Below the pieces are notes generated by a model. It saw nothing but the letters and a program-made list of their open reading frames with translations, was not told where the DNA came from and ran no database searches. A DNA stretch of 63,931 bases, the filler included, from Candidatus Nanoarchaeia archaeon (GTDB lineage Archaea > Nanobdellota > Nanobdellia > Woesearchaeales > DATDTY01): the NCBI GenBank assembly GCA_035290625.1. It is 7 parts of 7 records of this genome, joined end to end, with 100 filler letters (N's around TTAATTAATTAA, not from the genome) between each part and the next. Parts side by side here need not be neighbours in the genome. Positions count along the whole stretch, not along the records: positions 56,216 to 61,126 come from DATDTY010000047.1; positions 61,227 to 63,931 come from DATDTY010000065.1; 5 more parts are not named here. The stretch is one strand, 5' to 3'. The stretch's first letter is position 1. The number at the start of each line of letters is the position of its first letter. Below, piece after piece: positions 59,183-63,931 of this stretch. Made by a program: the position numbers and the translations under genes.

Positions 59183-59392
59183 ATCTTTATTGTAGGAAAA
59201 TCTCTATATAAGGTTTATGGACAACATTATTTTTACAGACAAGGTGTGCATACTCCAAGATTGAGACAGAAAACGATTCTTTAGAATTCAATCCCACGAA
59301 TAACAAAAAGGGAAAAGCCTTGCCTTTATTTATTATTCTACAATAGTACCAAAACACTAAAGCTTTTATAGTCTTAGCGATTATCAATCTGG

Positions 59393-60574
59393 ATGAATGA
59401 TTCTGATGCTAAGGTTCTGCATGGCGACGGGGTTATACCCTACCAAGGAATCAAATTGCTTAATAACGGCGGTTCTATCAAGAGACGCGACAAACGCGCT
59501 ATTAACTTCTCTAACATATCCTCAGCAAGCCTGGACCTTACCTGCTCAAACGAAATAAACGAAATATCATCTTCCTTTCTTCCAAGTAGCAATATCTCGG
59601 AAATAGAAGAATTAATAAAAAAATTTAAGTGCGGCGAAGATGTGAAAACAACAGACGAAGGCGTTTTATTGAAGAAAGACCATACATATATAATCAAATT
59701 GAATGAGAGATTAGAACTCCCTCCCAATTTACGGGCAAAAGCAAATCCAAAAAGCTCTACCGGAAGACTTGATATCCTTGTTAGATTGCTGACAGAGGGG
59801 TATCCAAGATACGACGACGTTTCGTATGGTTACAGGGGAGATCTCTATCTTGAAGTGACCCCTCTTTCCTTCCCTATATTTGTGAAGGAAGACTACTCTT
59901 TAAACCAGATAAGATTTATGAGCATAAATCCTAAAACATTAAATGATAATGAACTGAGTATAGGGCATTTTAAACATCGGTTTGTTTTTTTAGAAGACGA
60001 GCCAATTACCCCAAACATACATGAAAATGGCATTTTGATCGGAGTCGGTTTAAAGGAGTTTAAGAAAAATTATTCTCTCATCAGCTACAAAGCGAAAGAA
60101 GGTATTGACAAACCTATCGATCTCAGAAAGGAAGACGAATATCACATAACGGATTACTGGGAAATAAAGCATGTATCAGATCTAATCGATGGTGAAAGAT
60201 TGAAATTAGAAAAAGGCGGGTTTTATCTGCTTTGTACAAAACAAAGAATAGCAGTCCCAACAACATTTGCTGCCGAGATGCTCCCTTATGATGTCGGCAA
60301 CGGGGAGTTCAGAATCCATTACGCTGGCTTCTTCGACAGCGGGTTTGGTTATAATCATGAAAACATTGCAGAAGGAGGGCATGCAATACTCGAAATTAGA
60401 GTGAGAGATATCCCTATAATCATAAAAGACGGACAGCCATTATGCAAATTCATCTTCTCTCCTTTAACAGAAGAAACAGAGATGCCGTATGCCACGAAAG
60501 GGCAATATTCTTCTCAATTAGGGCCAACCCTACCTAAATGCTTTAAAAAAGAGAAGACGACCCTACCAACCTAA
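59393..60574 (+). CDS. dcd: dCTP deaminase, long duplicated-domain (DCD) type
   Basis: ASLDL, ANPKSSTGRLD, LNQIRF, GEFRIHYAGFFDSGFG. Confidence 0.88.
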   Translation: MNDSDAKVLHGDGVIPYQGIKLLNNGGSIKRRDKRAINFSNISSASLDLTCSNEINEISSSFLPSSNISEIEELIKKFKCGEDVKTTDEGVLLKKDHTYIIKLNERLELPPNLRAKANPKSSTGRLDILVRLLTEGYPRYDDVSYGYRGDLYLEVTPLSFPIFVKEDYSLNQIRFMSINPKTLNDNELSIGHFKHRFVFLEDEPITPNIHENGILIGVGLKEFKKNYSLISYKAKEGIDKPIDLRKEDEYHITDYWEIKHVSDLIDGERLKLEKGGFYLLCTKQRIAVPTTFAAEMLPYDVGNGEFRIHYAGFFDSGFGYNHENIAEGGHAILEIRVRDIPIIIKDGQPLCKFIFSPLTEETEMPYATKGQYSSQLGPTLPKCFKKEKTTLPT

Positions 60575-60650
60575 AGAACCAACACAACTGCCCTGATAAC
60601 ATTACTAAGAATCCAAAAACTTTCCCCAATTCTTTGCGTTGTTTGATGAC

Positions 60651-60773
60651 CTAGGAGTCATCCATGAAATTAATGCTCTCATCCCTATACTTGTCATAGT
60701 GATCGCTGCAGACTTTCCTTCCGTTCCAGTCCTTCACAGCTGGAGCCCTGCATCCAGGCTCTTGGCATTCCAT
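60651..60773 (-). CDS. 40-aa zinc-finger-like microprotein
   Basis: MECQEPGCRAPAVKDWNGRKVCSDHYDKYRDESINFMDDS; TTTTATATAG TATA ~25 bp upstream. Confidence 0.6.
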   Translation of the reverse strand: MECQEPGCRAPAVKDWNGRKVCSDHYDKYRDESINFMDDS

Positions 60774-60815
60774 GTGCGTAGAGAGCCGAACTGCCTATAT
60801 AAAATTTGTGGAAGA

Positions 60816-60974
60816 AGCTTCCCTGAAAATGGCGTTGCCGTCAATTCGTGAGGCTCTTATATGCTAAGATTCCAAACCGACAAGGGGGTCGTCCCATCCG
60901 GGGATATGTCGGTTATCCCTATCACTTTCGCAGCCGAGCCCGATGGCAACCTCGAAGAGATTTTCAGGGAAGCC
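60816..60974. mobile_element. Nested-hairpin MITE-like element, copy M
   Basis: TIR AGCTTCCCTGAAAAT/ATTTTCAGGGAAGCC; core GACAAGGGGGTCGTCCCATCCGGGGATATGTC; only GGAAGA duplicated at the flanks. Confidence 0.82.
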
Positions 60975-61226
60975 GGAAGAGTATCCAGCACCCTCTGGGC
61001 AACCACGCGTGAGATACTTAAACTAAACCCTCTTCATAACACTACTCTAAAAACCTCAAGAACTTTAAAAAAATAAAAAAAAGAGCTTGTGTTCCCATCG
61101 AAATAAAAAGTGGGACAGCTATCCTGNNNNNNNNNNNNNNNNNNNNNNNNNNNNNNNNNNNNNNNNNNNNTTAATTAATTAANNNNNNNNNNNNNNNNNN
61201 NNNNNNNNNNNNNNNNNNNNNNNNNN

Positions 61227-61366
61227 CGAGGTAAGACCGCATCGAAGCTTACGCTTCGAGATTCTGGAAACTCCAGAGCAGGCATTTGTCAGGAAGATGA
61301 AAAAGGAGGCTTAATAAACATGAAACGAATTAAGCTATCGAAGGGAAATACTTTCAGGATAGCACA
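61227..61366 (+). mobile_element. IS481-like right end, copy 3
   Basis: Identical to 42839-42978. Confidence 0.8.
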
Positions 61367-61444
61367 TTCAACATCGCAACCCATAGATTTAAAAACCCCT
61401 TTCTATTAGCAAGCTTATACGCTTCGGCGTAAATACACAGAAAG

Positions 61445-61813
61445 GTGAAAGTACATATGAATGGAGATTATGAAAGAGGGTTCCGAGGCAACCAAACAGC
61501 CCCGGTAAATGTCGGCGACGAGCTTGAAGTCAAGATTGAGGCAGTCGGCGAAAAAGGAGATGGCATCGCAAAGAAGAACGGATTTGTTTTGTTCGTCCCG
61601 AACACAAACGAAGGCGACGAAGTCAAAATCCGGGTCACTAAAGTCCTGCGAAAGGTAGGCTTTGCTGAAGTCATCGGGAAGTCCGAAGGGAAGTCCGAGA
61701 AATCAGAAGAGCCAGAAGAGGGCGAATCACAGTCCGAATCACAGCCCGAAGCAGAGTCCGAAGAAGAGCCAGAAGACTCCGAAGATTTCGGCGATGAAGA
61801 AGCGAAAGATTAA
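61445..61813 (+). CDS. Single TRAM-domain RNA-binding protein with an acidic tail
   Basis: APVNVGDELEVKIEAVGEKGDGIAK..FVLFVP..GFAEV. Confidence 0.92.
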   Translation: MKVHMNGDYERGFRGNQTAPVNVGDELEVKIEAVGEKGDGIAKKNGFVLFVPNTNEGDEVKIRVTKVLRKVGFAEVIGKSEGKSEKSEEPEEGESQSESQPEAESEEEPEDSEDFGDEEAKD

Positions 61814-61852
61814 TTCTATCTTTTTTTATACTTTTCTTTCTTTCCGCTACAT

Positions 61853-62380
61853 ATGAGACTCTTCATAGCCATAGACGTGCCTGACGCATTCAATGCCTCC
61901 CTCAAAGACATCCAAGCCTCATTAGAAGGCCCGGGCCGCTTAATTCTCCCAAAGGCATTTCATCTTACCTTAAAATTCCTTGGAGACGTCTCTGAAGAAA
62001 GATACCTCCATATCCAACCCATTCTCAGAAGTGTCAAATTCAGGCAATTTCCGCTCACAACCTCTTCCCTCGGTGTTTTTCCTTCAGAATCCTACCTCCA
62101 GGTCATCTGGCTCGGCTTTGAGCCCTCTCAACCCTTGGCAAAGCTCCAGAAAGAGATCTCCAAAGCCCTGGAATCCTACTATCCTCACGAAAAGAATTTC
62201 ATCCCCCACATCACCCTTGCAAGGGTAAAATCAGTCCAGGACAAGCCAAAGCTTCTTGAAAAACTAAAAACACCGGTTCCTCCAATGTCGTGGGAAGCCA
62301 CAGACATCAAGCTCTGCCGCTCCATCCTCACTCCGAATGGCCCGGAATACACTGAGTTAATGTCATTAATCTCTAAATAA
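61853..62380 (+). CDS. thpR: RNA 2',3'-cyclic phosphodiesterase (2'-5' RNA ligase family)
   Basis: MRLFIAI, HLTLKFLG, PHITLARVK. Confidence 0.93.
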   Translation: MRLFIAIDVPDAFNASLKDIQASLEGPGRLILPKAFHLTLKFLGDVSEERYLHIQPILRSVKFRQFPLTTSSLGVFPSESYLQVIWLGFEPSQPLAKLQKEISKALESYYPHEKNFIPHITLARVKSVQDKPKLLEKLKTPVPPMSWEATDIKLCRSILTPNGPEYTELMSLISK

Positions 62381-62567
62381 TCATAACTCCCAATAAAGAA
62401 AGAATTAAAACTAATCAGATTGAAAACCCAATAAAGTCGGATTAATAAATTAGTAAATACTAACTCAATAAAAACCAGCACCTTTTTAAATCCTGTGGGT
62501 TTTCTTCCAGTATTACCGACCCAGCTCCAATTCTGCGGAGCATGGAGTGCTGTCTGAGGTAAAAAAA

Positions 62568-63164
62568 ATGACAGAACAGTTTTTGATTGCTCAGGACATT
62601 TACCTAAAGTCAGGAATCCACATCGGGACAAAATTCAGGACGAAGTACATGGAAAAATTCATCTACAAAACACGCCCCGATGGCCTCTCAGTCCTTAATC
62701 TCCAAAAAATAGATGAGCGTATACGCTTGGCAGCAAAACTCCTCAGCCAATATACTCCTGAAGATGTGCTCATTGTCAGCAAGCGAGAGAATGGATGGAA
62801 AGCAGTCCGGGCATTCGGAAAGGCTACGGGCTGCAAATTCTTCGCAGGAAGATACCCGCCGGGCATCATGACCAATCCCCAGCTTGAGAGCTATATCGAG
62901 CCGAAGATCCTTCTTGCAACCGATGCATGGCCTGACAGGAACGCAATCAAAGATTCCCTTAAGGCAGGAATCCCCGTCATAGCATTATGCGACACAAACA
63001 ACCAGGCAAACGACATCGACCTTGTAGTTCCCTGCAATAACAAGGGAAAGAAATCCCTTGGATTGTTCTTCTGGTTATTGGGCCGTGAATATCTGCAGCA
63101 CCGGGGCGTACTCAAAAAAGACGAGGAGCTTCCAATGCCTCTTGAGGACTTTACAGAAGAGTAG
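62568..63164 (+). CDS. rps2: 30S ribosomal protein S2 (uS2), archaeal type
   Basis: YLKSGIHIGT, GRYPPG..TNP, DLVVPCNNKG. Confidence 0.97.
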   Translation: MTEQFLIAQDIYLKSGIHIGTKFRTKYMEKFIYKTRPDGLSVLNLQKIDERIRLAAKLLSQYTPEDVLIVSKRENGWKAVRAFGKATGCKFFAGRYPPGIMTNPQLESYIEPKILLATDAWPDRNAIKDSLKAGIPVIALCDTNNQANDIDLVVPCNNKGKKSLGLFFWLLGREYLQHRGVLKKDEELPMPLEDFTEE

Positions 63165-63863
63165 CTAAAAAAACCTGAAGCCTCCTTCCTTTGTTCCGAT
63201 AATCCCTCCCTCCACAATCTTAAATGCAATTTCCTGGTCTTCTGGAAGGGAACGGTGCTTCTTAAGGATAGCCCTTCGGTTGCCAGAAGGAGTAATCTGC
63301 AGCTCAATCAGGCACTTGCTCCAGTATTTCATGATGTCTCCCCCAACCATATTCACCGTATCCCTGTCATCAAAGTTTGAATAGACCTGATTCGTAATCA
63401 GGACAGGAATATTCATCTTCCTTGCAAGGACAGAAAGGTAGGAGATTTGCCTTCCAAGCTCCCTGTTGATCTCATAGACCTCCTCAGATTTCCCAAGCTC
63501 AAGGCGATAAAGCATAGCAATCGTATCAACAACAACAAGCCCGATTGCATTGCTCATCTGCTCCTTCAGCTTCTGGAAAGCTTTTTTCTGCTCCTGGAAT
63601 GTGGCAGGCTTCAGGAATACTATTTTATCCAGCACTTTCTTGGAATCCGGAGCTATCTGCTCAAGCCTCTCAACAGAAAACCCGCCTTCTGTGTCCACAT
63701 ACACTATCTTCTTCCCAGACCTTGCAACGCAAAGCGAGCACAGTAGACATAAGGTTGTTTTGCCGCTGCCGGCAGGCCCGTACACTGTAGAAATAATATC
63801 GCGCTCATATCCTCCATGCAGCATCCGATCAAGAATCTTGGATCCTGTAGGAATCCTCTCCAT
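63165..63863 (-). CDS. radB: DNA repair and recombination protein RadB
   Basis: GPAGSGKT, VDTEGGFS.ERL, ITNQVY, RadB-specific KHR motif. Confidence 0.95.
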   Translation of the reverse strand: MERIPTGSKILDRMLHGGYERDIISTVYGPAGSGKTTLCLLCSLCVARSGKKIVYVDTEGGFSVERLEQIAPDSKKVLDKIVFLKPATFQEQKKAFQKLKEQMSNAIGLVVVDTIAMLYRLELGKSEEVYEINRELGRQISYLSVLARKMNIPVLITNQVYSNFDDRDTVNMVGGDIMKYWSKCLIELQITPSGNRRAILKKHRSLPEDQEIAFKIVEGGIIGTKEGGFRFF

Positions 63864-63931
63864 ATCCTGGCGATCAGAAGATTCTATAAATGCCTTACTA
63901 AAGGCTTATAAATCTTTACGGGATACAAACC

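Noticed and set aside
61088..61126. Possible IS481 left end (TGTGTTCCC..GCTATCCTG) at the contig edge
   Set aside because: Only partial similarity to the right IR and too little sequence to call

Overview
The window is seven contigs (1-17489, 17590-31202, 31303-42738, 42839-51703, 51804-56115, 56216-61126, 61227-63931) joined by artificial 100-nt N-TTAATTAATTAA-N linkers. The organism is an archaeon: archaeal uS15, uS2, aIF-1A, aMBF1, RadB, GatCAB, DUF371, TATA-box promoters and class III signal peptides are present. The gene repertoire suggests DPANN/Woesearchaeota (inference). Housekeeping genes (alaS, tRNA-Val(CAC), rps15, RecJ-like DHH, nadC, mre11, gatCAB, sppA, thpR, rps2, radB) are mixed with many accessory features. 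Main observations: (1) a bacterial-type sigma-70 homologue with extra HTHs and apparently three region-4 modules on a clearly archaeal contig; (2) a PD-(D/E)XK nuclease gene abutting an array of three cassettes, each a microprotein convergent with a PIN nuclease, set in conserved flanks and degenerate ~35-bp repeats; (3) about 13 copies of a nested-hairpin MITE-like family, most complete copies with 8-9 bp target duplications, one inserted in frame in a protein; (4) an AT-rich kinase/unknown/HD island bracketed by a 138-bp duplication of a pilin-like gene 5' end; (5) duplicated lipoprotein/Cys-rich protein pairs; (6) a secreted Zn-phospholipase-C-like/FG-GAP gene broken by one in-frame TGA; (7) a Fic gene with a degenerate motif bracketed by paired 13-bp repeats. 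All calls come from reading motifs by eye; no database searches were run.
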